DNA from: an uncultured Verrucomicrobiae bacterium | GTDB lineage: Bacteria > Verrucomicrobiota > Verrucomicrobiia > Chthoniobacterales > UBA10450 | Assembly: GCA_963834385.1 (NCBI GenBank) | Contig: CAWIBO010000003.1 | Span: 384,001-448,000, forward strand | Direction: 5' to 3' | DNA: 64,000 nucleotides | In this document: positions 10,406 to 20,495 of the stretch, piece by piece | Numbering within the stretch: position 1 is the first letter of the stretch | Layout of the letters: every line of letters starts with the position of its first letter | Notes under the pieces: model-generated | Seen by the model: only the letters and a program-made list of their open reading frames with translations | Database searches by the model: none | Told to the model about the DNA's origin: nothing | Translations under genes and position numbers: made by a program

Positions 10406-10520
10406 GCCGGGACGCTACGCCAGCGCGGGCCTGCTGACGAGTTGGGAAATCATTTTTTGGGAGCGAAGGCCGTGACCGCAAAGAAGTTGTGGCTCTGCCC
10501 GGCCCCGATATGCTGCACGG

Positions 10521-10766
10521 GTGAAAGTAAAGGTGACGGTGACTCCGAAGGCGGCCGTGCTCGACCCGCAGGGCGCGGCGGTGCGCGAGGCCATGCAACA
10601 TCATGGTTTGCCCGAGGTGAAAAGCGTGCGCATCGGCAAGTACATGGAGATCGAGCTGGAGGAAGGCGTGGCCGATGCCGAACAGCGCCTGCATGCCCTT
10701 TGCCGCGATCTCCTTTCCAACCCGGTCATCGAGGACTACGAGCTGCGCACGGAGGAAGAGCGGTGA
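10521..10766 (+). CDS. purS: FGAM synthase subunit PurS
   Basis: VLDPQG, VRIGK, LLSNPVIEDY. Confidence 0.95.
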   Translation: MKVKVTVTPKAAVLDPQGAAVREAMQHHGLPEVKSVRIGKYMEIELEEGVADAEQRLHALCRDLLSNPVIEDYELRTEEER

Positions 10767-11473
10767 AATTTGCCGTGGTCCGGTTTCCCGGCTCGAACTG
10801 CGACCAGGATTGTGTCGCCGCGCTCGACGGTCTTGACGGGGTGACGGCTGATTACGTCTGGCATAAGAATGATTCGTTGGCCGGTTTCGACGCCATTGTC
10901 ATTCCGGGCGGTTTTTCCTACGGCGATTATCTGCGCACCGGGGCCATTGCCACCTTCTCGCCGATCATGAAAGCGGTCGCCCGGGCCGCGCAGGAGGGCA
11001 TGCTGGTCCTCGGCGTCTGCAACGGTTTCCAAATCCTCTGCGAAGCCGGCCTGCTTCCCGGCGCGCTCGTCCGCAACCGCGGGCTCCGTTTCATCTGCGA
11101 GATGGTGACTCTCCGGGTGGAGGTTCCCGACTCGCCTTACACGCGCGGTTGTCCCGAGGGAACCCTGCTGCGGCTCCCCATTGCCCACGGGGAGGGCTGC
11201 TTTTTCGCCGGTGAAGAGGTCCTGCGGGAATTAAATGCCAACCGCCAGGTGCTGGTTCGCTACTGCGATGAACAGGGGCAGGTCACCCCCGCCGCGAACC
11301 CGAACGGGTCCGTCGAAAATATCGCGGGCATCTGCAACCGGGCCCGCAACGTCTTTGGGCTGATGCCGCATCCCGATCGCGCCTGCGCCACCGCGCTCGG
11401 CAGCAGCGATGGCCTTACGATCTTTCGTTCCATGATCGCTTCCGTGCGCGAACAGGCGGCGCGCGCCGCCTAG
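10763..11473 (+). CDS. purQ: FGAM synthase glutaminase subunit PurQ
   Basis: [31 protein letters not shown]. Confidence 0.96.
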   Translation: MKFAVVRFPGSNCDQDCVAALDGLDGVTADYVWHKNDSLAGFDAIVIPGGFSYGDYLRTGAIATFSPIMKAVARAAQEGMLVLGVCNGFQILCEAGLLPGALVRNRGLRFICEMVTLRVEVPDSPYTRGCPEGTLLRLPIAHGEGCFFAGEEVLRELNANRQVLVRYCDEQGQVTPAANPNGSVENIAGICNRARNVFGLMPHPDRACATALGSSDGLTIFRSMIASVREQAARAA

Positions 11474-11479
11474 CTTCCC

Positions 11480-12130
11480 TTGGTCCCCGGGATCTTTGTC
11501 ACCGGTACCGACACAGGAGTCGGGAAAACCGTCCTGGTTACGCGGCTCCTGCGCCAACTTCGTGAGGAGGGAATCCGGGCCGCCGGCTTCAAGCCGATCT
11601 GCTGCGGCGACCGGGGGGACGCCGAACGCATCCTGGCCGAAAGCGCAGGCGGTTTCACCCTCGACGAAATCAATCCCTGCTGGCTGCGCACACCGGCCGC
11701 GCCGTTCACTGCGGCACAGATCGAGAAGCGGGAGGTGGCGATCGTGCCGTTGCTGGAGGCATTTCGCCGTTTGCAGGCGAAAACCGAGGTGGTCGTGGTC
11801 GAGGGCGTCGGCGGCTGGCTGGTGCCACTTGGGCGTGGCCTCTATGTGGCCGATCTCGCGGCGGCGCTGGCGCTCCCGGTCATCGTGGTGGTGGCCAACC
11901 GGTTGGGCTGCCTGAACCACGCCTTTCTCACCCTGGCCGAGGTCGAACGCCGGGGATTGTCCTGCGCCGGGATGGTCTGCAACCGGATCGGCGAAGAAAA
12001 TGTGGCCACCGCGACCAACGAGCGGGTGCTTGGCGAGCTGGCGAAGGCGCCGCCGCTGCCCTTTCCGGAGGCCGGCGGGGGGTTGTCCCGGGAATGGCGT
12101 AACAGCCTCGGATTTTCGCCGCCGGTGTAA
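11480..12130 (+). CDS. bioD: Dethiobiotin synthase
   Basis: FVTGTDTGVGKT, FKP, VEGVGG, LGCLNH. Confidence 0.94.
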   Translation: MVPGIFVTGTDTGVGKTVLVTRLLRQLREEGIRAAGFKPICCGDRGDAERILAESAGGFTLDEINPCWLRTPAAPFTAAQIEKREVAIVPLLEAFRRLQAKTEVVVVEGVGGWLVPLGRGLYVADLAAALALPVIVVVANRLGCLNHAFLTLAEVERRGLSCAGMVCNRIGEENVATATNERVLGELAKAPPLPFPEAGGGLSREWRNSLGFSPPV

Positions 12131-12221
12131 AGCCGTCGGTGTTGCGAAAACGACACAAGTGTCAGCATTCTTTACACTTTTTGCCGACACTCCGAAGGGC
12201 GCTACGAGGGAAGAAGGGTGG

Positions 12222-12237
12222 TGGCACCTCCATTGCT
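12222..12237 (+). promoter_or_regulatory. Sigma-54 (-24/-12) promoter
   Basis: TGGCACCTCCATTGCT matches TGGCAC-N5-TTGC(A/T); 21 nt upstream of ATG 12259. Confidence 0.8.
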
Positions 12238-12258
12238 AAATGAAACGGCACAACCCTT

Positions 12259-12735
12259 ATGCTCCTTCAAAAAACCCTGCACATGAATCAAGCCGCCGCG
12301 GAATGCCGTTCCCGCCTGGCCAGCATTCAGTCGTATAGCCGCCAATTCGTCATGGTGACGAAGGCGACGGTGACTTCGTCCAAGACGATGGATTTCAGCT
12401 TCCGGGGGCCGCTTGGCTTCCAGGCCAGCACCATACTGATGGGCCAGGAAACCGGTGACCCGAACCAGTACGCGTTCGAGTCGGCCGGCGGTAACATCGA
12501 GATCATGGGCCTGGTCGATTTCACGGAGGTGCGCCCGCATTGCACCGAGGTGACCCTGGCGGTGCATTACGAGCTGAAGAACAAATTTTTCGCGTGGCTG
12601 GACCGTCGTTTCCACTTTGTGGACGCGTTCCTGAACGCCGAGTTGCGCAGCATCCGCTCGCACTTCGAGGGAATTGCGGCGCCGATCACGGAGAGCTATC
12701 CCGCCCTGGCGATGCTCGAGCCGGCTCACGCCTAG
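12259..12735 (+). CDS. Hypothetical protein, possible SRPBCC/START fold
   Basis: 158-aa ORF; beta-rich core with a C-terminal helix (TEVTLAVHY...LRSIRSHFE). Confidence 0.6.
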   Translation: MLLQKTLHMNQAAAECRSRLASIQSYSRQFVMVTKATVTSSKTMDFSFRGPLGFQASTILMGQETGDPNQYAFESAGGNIEIMGLVDFTEVRPHCTEVTLAVHYELKNKFFAWLDRRFHFVDAFLNAELRSIRSHFEGIAAPITESYPALAMLEPAHA

Positions 12736-12807
12736 CAACATTTCTGCAGCAGATAGAGGGCGCGAAGTTGGGGGACTTCGCGCTCTTTTTCTGTACCGGG
12801 ACGATGC

Positions 12808-13977
12808 TCAGGAAAGGCGCACGGCGCGGGTCTTGTCGAGGCGAAGCACGTCGCCCTTTTTCAAGGCCACTCGCACCTTGGGATCCCGGATCTTTTCGCC
12901 ATTAAGCTGGACGCTGCCCTGTTCCAGGAGACGACGCGCCTCGGTCTTTGACTTCGCGGTCTGGAACGATTCGGCGTAGACCTGCACCACCAGCGCGGCC
13001 GCCTCGGTTGCGTCCGACGGCGCGGCGAAGGCTGGCAGGTCCGCTTCGGCCAGCCTTTTTTCGCTGAAGCGGGCATTCCAATCGGCCAGCACGCGGGCGG
13101 CGGTGTCGGCTCCGTGGTAGGTCTGCGTGATTTCGCGCGCCAGCTCCTTCTTGGCCTCGAGCGGGTGCATCCCGGGCGCGGGCGTGCGCCCGAGCAGCAG
13201 TTCGTAGTAGCGCGCCATGAGGGTGTCGGAAATGCTCATGATCTTGCCGAACATTTCCGGGGCGGGTTCGTTCACCCCGACGTAATTGTTCAGGCTCTTG
13301 CTCATTTTCATCGAGCCATCGAGCCCTTCCAGGATCGGGACGAGCAGGACCACCTGCTGCGGTTTGTTCTCGGCCTTTTGCAGGTCGCGCCCGACCAGAA
13401 TATTGAAAAGCTGGTCCGAGCCCCCCAGCTCGACGTCCGCCTCCACCATGACCGAATCCCAGCCCTGCATGATGGGATACTGGATTTCATGGGCCCGCAC
13501 CGGCTGGTCCTGTTGCAGGCGCGTTTTGAAATCCTCCCGCTGCAGCATCTGCTGGAGGGTAACGCGGCTGTTGAGCTGGATGACCTGTTCAAAGGTCATC
13601 GGGCGGAACCATTCGCTGTTGTAAACGATGCGGGTCTTTTTCTCGTCGAGAATTTTCAGGGCCTGTTCGCGATAGGTCGTGGCATGCGCCTGCACCTGGG
13701 CGGGCGTCAACTGGGGGCGCGTGACCGACCGGCCGCTGGGATCGCCGATCAAGGCCGTGAAATCGCCGATGATCAGGATGGCCTCGTGGCCCAGGTCCTG
13801 GAACTGGCGCAGCTTCCGAATGGCCAGGGTATGTCCGAGATGAATGTCGGCGCTGGTCGGGTCCACCCCGAGCTTGACCCGGAGCGGGCGGCCCAGGGCG
13901 AGCTTGGCCTGAAGTTCCGCCGGACTGATGACCTGGGCGGCCCCGCGCGTGAGCAGGGCAAGGGCGTCATCAGGCAT
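12808..13977 (-). CDS. tyrS: Tyrosine--tRNA ligase
   Basis: GVDPTSADIHLGH, GGSDQ, KMSKS, C-terminal S4-like domain. Confidence 0.97.
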   Translation of the reverse strand: MPDDALALLTRGAAQVISPAELQAKLALGRPLRVKLGVDPTSADIHLGHTLAIRKLRQFQDLGHEAILIIGDFTALIGDPSGRSVTRPQLTPAQVQAHATTYREQALKILDEKKTRIVYNSEWFRPMTFEQVIQLNSRVTLQQMLQREDFKTRLQQDQPVRAHEIQYPIMQGWDSVMVEADVELGGSDQLFNILVGRDLQKAENKPQQVVLLVPILEGLDGSMKMSKSLNNYVGVNEPAPEMFGKIMSISDTLMARYYELLLGRTPAPGMHPLEAKKELAREITQTYHGADTAARVLADWNARFSEKRLAEADLPAFAAPSDATEAAALVVQVYAESFQTAKSKTEARRLLEQGSVQLNGEKIRDPKVRVALKKGDVLRLDKTRAVRLS

Positions 13978-14007
13978 GGGAGCAGGAAAGAGATCGAGGC
14001 GGGCGCC

Positions 14008-14511
14008 TCATTTACTCTTGTTCAACAGCTCGCGCACCTGGTCAATCGTCAGCGGAGTGTCCTTTTGGCTCAGCGCTTTCTGGCTTTTGCCCTCGCCGAG
14101 GAAAGGGCGGGTGTTCCCATAGGACCGCACGGCCTGGCTGCGTTCGCCCTGGGCGGCGGCGCGGACCGGCGCCCGTTCCTGCGCGAGCGTGAGCTCCCGA
14201 GCCTGGTGGGCTCGGGTGGAACCATGGGCCACGGCCGAGCCGTCGCGGAAAAGAAAGGCCGCGTGTTGCCGGGAAGTGAATTCCGGCTGGACGGCAAAAG
14301 TCCGCAACGTCTTTTCCTTTTTCACCGTGAGCGCCCGGACACGGGCCTCCTTTCCGGCAAAGCCGCCGGCCCGGGCTTGAAAGGCCTTGGCTTGCGCGGG
14401 GTTTTGCAGCTCCGTGTCGGGCCGCAAAAGGCGGTCGATCAGTTTGCGTTCCTGTTCCTGCGCGAAGAGGGACCCGGTGAGGAAAAAGAGAAGGAAGGCG
14501 AGCGGCCGCAC
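14008..14511 (-). CDS. Secreted hypothetical protein
   Basis: Signal peptide; ends PLTIDQVRELLNKSK. Confidence 0.65.
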   Translation of the reverse strand: MRPLAFLLFFLTGSLFAQEQERKLIDRLLRPDTELQNPAQAKAFQARAGGFAGKEARVRALTVKKEKTLRTFAVQPEFTSRQHAAFLFRDGSAVAHGSTRAHQARELTLAQERAPVRAAAQGERSQAVRSYGNTRPFLGEGKSQKALSQKDTPLTIDQVRELLNKSK

Positions 14512-14573
14512 GAGGCGAACCTGCCGAAAGCCGGGGGAGTTTGTAAAGACAATTGTCCCCTTGGCGGGCCGCT

Positions 14574-15224
14574 CTACCAGTGCAGCAGATCGAGCAGGCG
14601 GCGGGCCCCGGCGGGCGGCCGGGCCTTGCCGCTCAGGATGGTCCCGGCGCGGACGCGCCGGCCGTAATACCGCGCGTTCGAGCTTTTCTGAGTGGCGATG
14701 ACCGCGCCCTCCAGGGAAACGCCGGCGAAAAGGCCTTTGCTGCGGCTGTAGGTGTAGACCGCGGCGGTGGGCATGACGCCCGCCTGCAGGTTGCGCCCCA
14801 CCGGGCCGGCGGCGGCGCTGAGATCAGCTCCCAGGGTCACGTTTCCCTCCTCGGCGAAGGCCTGCACCGCCTGCGGGGTGTTGAGCACGAAAACAAAATC
14901 GGTTACCTGCGCGCCAATTTGCAGGCCCCAGCCGGCTCCGCCCGTGCCGACAAAGGAAGGCCCCGACCAGTTGCCGGAGCGGGTCCGCGCGACCACCACA
15001 CCCTGCCCGCCTTTTCCGCTCAGGCCAAAGCCGACCTTGATCACGCGCAGGATGGCAAGGCCGCGCGCGTCGCTCAAGACATTGGCCGGAATGGCGCTCT
15101 CGGGCATGCGGCGGAACTCGCGGATGATCTGGGCGGCTTCGTTCACGGTTTCCTGCGGCGTCGCGGCCTGGGCCGGGATGGGGCAGAGGGCGAGGAACAG
15201 GAGGGCGCAAAAAATCGTTCTCAT
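14574..15224 (-). CDS. Lipid-binding SYLF (Ysc84-like) domain protein
   Basis: GLSGKGGQG, WSGPSF, GLQIGAQ, AAAGPVGR, YSRSKGLFAGVSLEG. Confidence 0.92.
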   Translation of the reverse strand: MRTIFCALLFLALCPIPAQAATPQETVNEAAQIIREFRRMPESAIPANVLSDARGLAILRVIKVGFGLSGKGGQGVVVARTRSGNWSGPSFVGTGGAGWGLQIGAQVTDFVFVLNTPQAVQAFAEEGNVTLGADLSAAAGPVGRNLQAGVMPTAAVYTYSRSKGLFAGVSLEGAVIATQKSSNARYYGRRVRAGTILSGKARPPAGARRLLDLLHW

Positions 15225-16216
15225 CTGGTTGACCCTTCGAATCCGGACCGCGGCGCGGACGCTTTTTTTCCTTCGCCCGGCCCGTCGATCTTCTTTTCGC
15301 CCAGGCCCTGTTCGGCGCGTTTCTGCTGGTCGATAAACTCGGCGTGGGCGGAAGGGACGATGCCGGAGCCGTGGCAACGGGAAAATTCCTTGGTAAACTC
15401 CGCCCCGAAAAGAAAGATGGTGGTGGAATAGTAGACCCAGACCAGGATCAGGATGAGGGCACCCGCGGCGCCGAAACTCGAGGCCACGCTGCTGGTGCCG
15501 AGATACCATCCGATGAGCATTTTGCCGATGGCAAAGAGGACCGCGGTGACGGCGGCCCCGATCCAGACGTCCCGCCATTGAATGCGGACGTCCGGGAGCA
15601 CTTTGTAGATCAGGGCGAAAAGAACCGTAAGGAGGATAATCGAGAGGACAAAATCCAGCGGGGCGGCAAAGGAAGGGAGCGGGAGATAGCCGCTCATGTA
15701 GTTGCTGATTGCCTGCAGGACGGCGCTGAGCACGAGCGAGATCATGAGGAGAAAGCCAATGGCAAGGACCATGGAGAAGGAGAGGAGATAGGTGCGGGCC
15801 ATGGCGAACCACCCGCGTTTGCGGAGCCGCACGCCCCAGATGGCGTTGAGCGAGTCCTTGAGCTGGCCGAACACGCCCGAGGCGCCGAGGATCAGGGTGG
15901 CCACGCCGACGATGCTGGCCAGCAGGCTTTTGGGGCGGTCGCTCGAGGCCTGGATGATATTCTGGATCTCGCCGGCCGCCTTGGGACCGATCAGCCACTC
16001 AATCTGCTCGTAAAGCTGGCCGCGCGCCGCTTCCTCGCCAAAGAACAGGCCGGCACTGGCAATGACGATGATGACCAGCGGCGCCATGGCAAAGATCGAA
16101 TAGTAGGCCAGGGCGGCGCTGAAGCGCAGGACCCGGTCCTCCGACCATTCCCGGTAGGTGGAAAGGAACATCGGTCCCCATGAACGCAGCCAATCAAATT
16201 TCGCTTTCTTTCCCAT
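15221..16216 (-). CDS. YihY/virulence factor BrkB family membrane protein
   Basis: SAALAYYSIF, LNAIW, FGAAG, LFGAEF. Confidence 0.92.
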   Translation of the reverse strand: MGKKAKFDWLRSWGPMFLSTYREWSEDRVLRFSAALAYYSIFAMAPLVIIVIASAGLFFGEEAARGQLYEQIEWLIGPKAAGEIQNIIQASSDRPKSLLASIVGVATLILGASGVFGQLKDSLNAIWGVRLRKRGWFAMARTYLLSFSMVLAIGFLLMISLVLSAVLQAISNYMSGYLPLPSFAAPLDFVLSIILLTVLFALIYKVLPDVRIQWRDVWIGAAVTAVLFAIGKMLIGWYLGTSSVASSFGAAGALILILVWVYYSTTIFLFGAEFTKEFSRCHGSGIVPSAHAEFIDQQKRAEQGLGEKKIDGPGEGKKASAPRSGFEGSTR

Positions 16217-16266
16217 CTCCCTCTAAAACTACGGTCAGCGTCGCGCCGGTGCGCGTTTTTTTCACC

Positions 16267-16758
16267 ATGGAAGACCCGATCATCGACCTGCAAAGCGATT
16301 CCTTTTTCATGCGCGAAGCGCTGCGGCTGGCGCAGAAGGCCTTCGCGGCCGGGGAAGTCCCGGTGGGCGCCGTGGTGGTGCAGGCGGGCCGGATCATCGG
16401 CCGTTCCCACAACCAGGTGGAGATGTTGAAGGACGCCACCGCGCATGCGGAAATGCTGGCCCTGACCCAGGCGGAAGCCGCCGTGGGCGACTGGCGCCTG
16501 GTCGACTGCGACCTCTATGTGACCAAGGAGCCCTGCCCGATGTGCGCCGGAGCCGCGGTGCATGTGCGGTTGCGCCGGGTCATTTTTGGATGTGCCGACG
16601 AGCGGGGCGGAGCCGCCGGAGGGCTGCTCAATCTCCTGCAATTGCCCGGGTTGAATCATCGCTGCGAGATCACGCCGGGCGTCCTGGCCGAAGAAGCGTC
16701 GGCGCTCCTGCGCTCGTTCTTCCAGGCGAAACGGGCCCGGACGGCCCCGGAGGCGTGA
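16267..16758 (+). CDS. tadA: tRNA adenosine(34) deaminase
   Basis: GEVPVGAV, TAHAE, EPCPMC, LNH. Confidence 0.93.
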   Translation: MEDPIIDLQSDSFFMREALRLAQKAFAAGEVPVGAVVVQAGRIIGRSHNQVEMLKDATAHAEMLALTQAEAAVGDWRLVDCDLYVTKEPCPMCAGAAVHVRLRRVIFGCADERGGAAGGLLNLLQLPGLNHRCEITPGVLAEEASALLRSFFQAKRARTAPEA

Positions 16759-16790
16759 GCGGCCGCCGCGGCGCGGGTTGGAGGCGGGGA

Positions 16791-16864
16791 TGGCTGCCTC
16801 GCAAGGACTCGAACCTTGACAAAGAGATCCAGAATCTCTCGTGCTACCATTACACCACGAGGCA
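16791..16864 (-). tRNA. tRNA-Gln (CTG anticodon)
   Basis: TGCCTCG...AGAGA-TTCTGGA-TCTCT...GGTTCGAGTCC...CGAGGCA-G-CCA cloverleaf with encoded CCA. Confidence 0.96.
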
Positions 16865-16937
16865 AAATCGGGCGGGTGACAGGTAAGACCGTTCCCGGCC
16901 ATCGCGCAAGTCGCGGGCCCGTGAAATTCCGGGCTTC

Positions 16938-17888
16938 TTAACCGTTCTCGCGGCGGTCGAGGACGATCTCGTCTCCCTCGCGCGCGGCTTCCACGGTCAG
17001 AGCCCGGCCGCTTTCCGCCACCTGCCGGCGGGCCGTCTTCACCATGCCGTCGATAAAAGCATCATCGTGGTTCGGGTCATGGTGAAAAAGCAGGAGCCGC
17101 TTCACCCCCGCGTCGAGCGCCAGCGAGATCGTGGCGCTGATATGGCCATGTCCCCAGCCCACTTTCTCCGGATATTCCTCGTCGGTATATTGGGTGTCGA
17201 GAAGGAGCACATCGGTGCCGGAAAGGAACTGGACCAGGCCGTCGCGTTCCTCCCGCGCGACCGAGGCCGCCTGCTCGATGCTGGCGTTTTCCCGCTCGGC
17301 CATCTGCCGCCGCAGGTGCTCGAACGGTTCGTTGTCCGGCAGATAAGCCACGGAGCCGCCGCTGGTGAAGAGGCGGAAGCCGCTGCAATTCCCAGGGTGA
17401 TTTACGAAACGGGCGGCGATCCTGACCTGGCCGACCTGAAATTCCATTTCTTTCAGCTCGCGGATGGCCACGCAGCCGAAGACATCATGCAGTTTGACCG
17501 GGAAGAAGGGGTTCTCCATCTGTTCGGAAAGGATGGCGGCGAGACCGTTGCTGGCCCCTTCGTAACCGAGAATGTGGATCTCATTTTTCTTCTGGTAGGC
17601 GGGAAGAAAGAAGGGGAGGCCCTGGATATGGTCCCAGTGCGAATGGGTCAGGAGCATGGTCAGCTTGATCGGGCGCTCGCCAAATTCACGATCGAGGGAA
17701 AGGCCGAGCGGGCGGATGCCCGAGCCGGCATCGAGGACGATGATTTCGCCATCGGCCCGCAGCTCCACGCAACTGGTGTTCCCGCCGTAACCGATGGTGG
17801 ACTGCCCCGGGACCGGGATCGAACCGCGCACGCCCCAGAGACGGAGGCGGGGTGCGGCCGGGTCCGGACTGGAAGAGGAACCGGTCAA
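16938..17888 (-). CDS. MBL-fold metallo-hydrolase (phosphodiesterase-like)
   Basis: WGVRGSIP, GGNTSC, THSHWDHIQG, GWGH, FHHDP. Confidence 0.9.
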   Translation of the reverse strand: MTGSSSSPDPAAPRLRLWGVRGSIPVPGQSTIGYGGNTSCVELRADGEIIVLDAGSGIRPLGLSLDREFGERPIKLTMLLTHSHWDHIQGLPFFLPAYQKKNEIHILGYEGASNGLAAILSEQMENPFFPVKLHDVFGCVAIRELKEMEFQVGQVRIAARFVNHPGNCSGFRLFTSGGSVAYLPDNEPFEHLRRQMAERENASIEQAASVAREERDGLVQFLSGTDVLLLDTQYTDEEYPEKVGWGHGHISATISLALDAGVKRLLLFHHDPNHDDAFIDGMVKTARRQVAESGRALTVEAAREGDEIVLDRRENG

Positions 17889-18113
17889 AGCAGGAAGGGG
17901 GTTTGCGCCATGATCCGATTTTCCCGGCGCGATCCCGCGCGGCGGCCGGGTCCTGACCTGCTATTGGCGCGCGCGGCGCCCATCCAATTCATTCGTTTAG
18001 TTCCGGCGGTCGGCATTGTTGCGCGCGAAGTCTGTCATGCCCGCCAGCGTGAACCAAGTGTTTTTCGCGCGTCTTGTGTAGCGTGGAGCGAGCGGGCGAC
18101 GCGCGCCATTTGG

Positions 18114-18152
18114 AAACAAAAACGGCCACCGGGCGAACCGCGGTGGCCGTTT
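18114..18152 (-). terminator. Intrinsic terminator after the PEP-CTERM gene
   Basis: Minus strand AAACGGCCACCGCGG-TTCG-CCCGGTGGCCGTTT-TTGTTT: GC stem, UUCG loop, U tract. Confidence 0.8.
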
Positions 18153-18170
18153 CCGAGGAGAAACGATTTT

Positions 18171-18746
18171 TTAGCTGTCTTTGCGACGGCGGAAGATCGT
18201 GTTGGCAACCCCAATCATGCCAAGACCCAGCACGCCGATGATCGGCGCGAGAGCGGACATCTCCGGCACCGGCACCGCGACTGAGCCGATGTTGTCAACC
18301 GGCGTGCCGTCGTTGCCACCGCCGTTGCGGGTGGCCGAGGCGGCGAAGTTATCGGTGCGCTGCTGATTGGTGTTGGAGACGGCTGAGAAGATGCCGAGGG
18401 CGTTCGGGCCCACGATGCTCTCCTGGCCGATATAGGTCCAGGTCAGGTTGAAAACACCCGCGTCATCCATCGGCAGGACGGTGGAAGGCGTGGTCCCGAT
18501 GAGCGAGGACGAGAAGGTCCAGTCCATCGGCTGCGCGTTGGAGCCGGGGACGAAACCGCCGAAATCATAAATCGTGAAATAATCGCCGGACTGCACCCGC
18601 TGGTCCAGGGTCGCATTGGCGGAATAGTTCCACTGGAAATTCGGGCCAACCGAAGCCGTGCTGTCGAAAGTGGGAATGATGTCCGCGGAGGCAGAAATCG
18701 CCATCCCTGTCGCTGCTAGTAAACCTAGAAAGTATGTCTTACGCAT
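18171..18746 (-). CDS. PEP-CTERM-type sorted surface protein (VPEM variant)
   Basis: Signal peptide; C-terminal VPVPEMS + hydrophobic TM + RRRK. Confidence 0.85.
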   Translation of the reverse strand: MRKTYFLGLLAATGMAISASADIIPTFDSTASVGPNFQWNYSANATLDQRVQSGDYFTIYDFGGFVPGSNAQPMDWTFSSSLIGTTPSTVLPMDDAGVFNLTWTYIGQESIVGPNALGIFSAVSNTNQQRTDNFAASATRNGGGNDGTPVDNIGSVAVPVPEMSALAPIIGVLGLGMIGVANTIFRRRKDS

Positions 18747-18868
18747 ATAGTTTGGGTTGTTTCCATCCGTTATTTCAGTTTTGCGTCGCATCGTCAATAG
18801 AAAAGTCGTGCCACGGCTGAATAAATTTTTCCCACCCTTTCTCCGCGGTCTGTTCTAAAATCACCCCC

Positions 18869-20487
18869 GTGCCCGTTGCCGCCCCCGCCCACCACACCTC
18901 CAGCAACCACCCCGCGTCCCCTCAGCCGGGACGGTTCTCCTGGGAAAATGGGCTCGCCCTTTTCCTCTGGGCCTGGGCCATCTGGAGCTGCGCCGAGCAC
19001 TGGGAAAACAACCCGAACTACTCCTATGGCTGGGCCGTTCCCGTCCTTGCCCTCGGCTTTGCCCTGCGGCGCTTTTTCCTGGCTCCTGCCGCGACCACGG
19101 GCGGGCACTCTGGCCCCGGCAGGGCCTGGCTGCTCCTGGCTGCGGCCGGTGCGGCGGCGTGGGTCTTCGGTCTGGAATATGCCCGTTTACAGGTCTGGCG
19201 CCCTCAGGTCGTTCTCACGGCCATTTGTTTTGGCGCCATTTTCTGGACGTTTCTCGTCCTCTGGAGCCATGGCGGTTTCCCGCTCCTGCGCCGCCAGCTT
19301 TTCCCGGTTCTTTTCTTTCTCACCGCGGTGCCCTGGCCGCCGCGGTTCGAACAGCCGCTCACGAGTGCGCTCATGGTGGGGGTGGCGCAGGCGACGGTGG
19401 AACTGCTGCACTGGAGCGGAATCGAGGCGAAACAGGCGGGAGGCGCCATTGCCCTGAGCACGGGTCTGGTGGGCGTGACCGAGGCCTGCAGCGGCATCCG
19501 CTCGCTCCAGGCGGGGATCATGTTTGGCCTGGCCATGGGCGAATGGTTTTTGCTGGGCGTGGGGCGACGCCTGCGTTCTCCTGGCGGCGGCCATCGGGCT
19601 CGCGCTGGTGACGAATCTCGGGCGCACCCTCGCCTTGTGCCTGCAGGCGGAGTGGCATGGCGTGGCCGCGGTGGAGAAAGTGCATGACCTGATCGGCACC
19701 GTGGTGATGACCGTTCTCATCGGCGGGATCTGGTTCGCCGGGCGGTTGCTGCGCGGCCCGCGAGGAGAAATGATTCCCGCGAAGGAACAGCTCCGGGCGA
19801 GGCTGGGCGCGCTGGCGGCGGGATGGAGACAGGCGCGTTTTCCGAACTTCTGGCTGGTGGTCCTCGTCGCCTTGTTGAGCTTCCTGGCGGCGCAATTCCT
19901 TAACGCGCGGCTGGAAGCGCGCGACCAGACCCAGCGCGAGCCCTTTTTCGCGGTGCAACCCTCCTTCCCGGGCAACAGCCGGGTGGAGGTGCCGCGCGAG
20001 ATCATGCGCGCGCTCAATCCGACCAGCGGCGAATACATCCGGCGCGAGGACGCGTCCCTTCCGCGCGGGACCGGCGACGGTTACCATTTCTTCTGGAAGC
20101 CGTCGCCCTGGAACCGGTTTGTCCTCGTGCATCGCCCCGATATCTGCATGCCCGGGATCGGCTGGCAGCTGGCTGGCCCGCCCGAGCCGGTCGAGGTGAA
20201 GTTCGGGGCGCGCACGCTGCTCTTTCACGCCTTTCGTTTTCAGCGGGGCGATCTGCATGCCCTGGCGCTCTGGGGTGCCTGGCGCAACGGCGACCCGGTC
20301 CTGATTGATTACCAGCCGGACGAGGTCCTGGGGGCGGGAGGGGCGCCACCCCCTGCTGGAGTTGCAGGGAAAACGGCGTTCCGCCACCGAGATCGTGGCC
20401 GGTCACGTCATGCAAAGGGGGGAAAAGCCCGCGCTGGAAAATGCTGTCGCCCTCCTGCGTGCGCTTTTCGTATACAAGGGAGAGTGA
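18869..20487 (+). CDS. Exosortase fused to an EpsI-like C-terminal domain (apparent frameshifts near 19574 and 20350)
   Basis: YSYGW, VTEACSGIRSL (Cys), TNLGR (Arg), VHDLIG (His), HRPDICMPGIGW; pieces lie in three frames. Confidence 0.85.
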
Positions 20488-20495
20488 ACGAGAAC

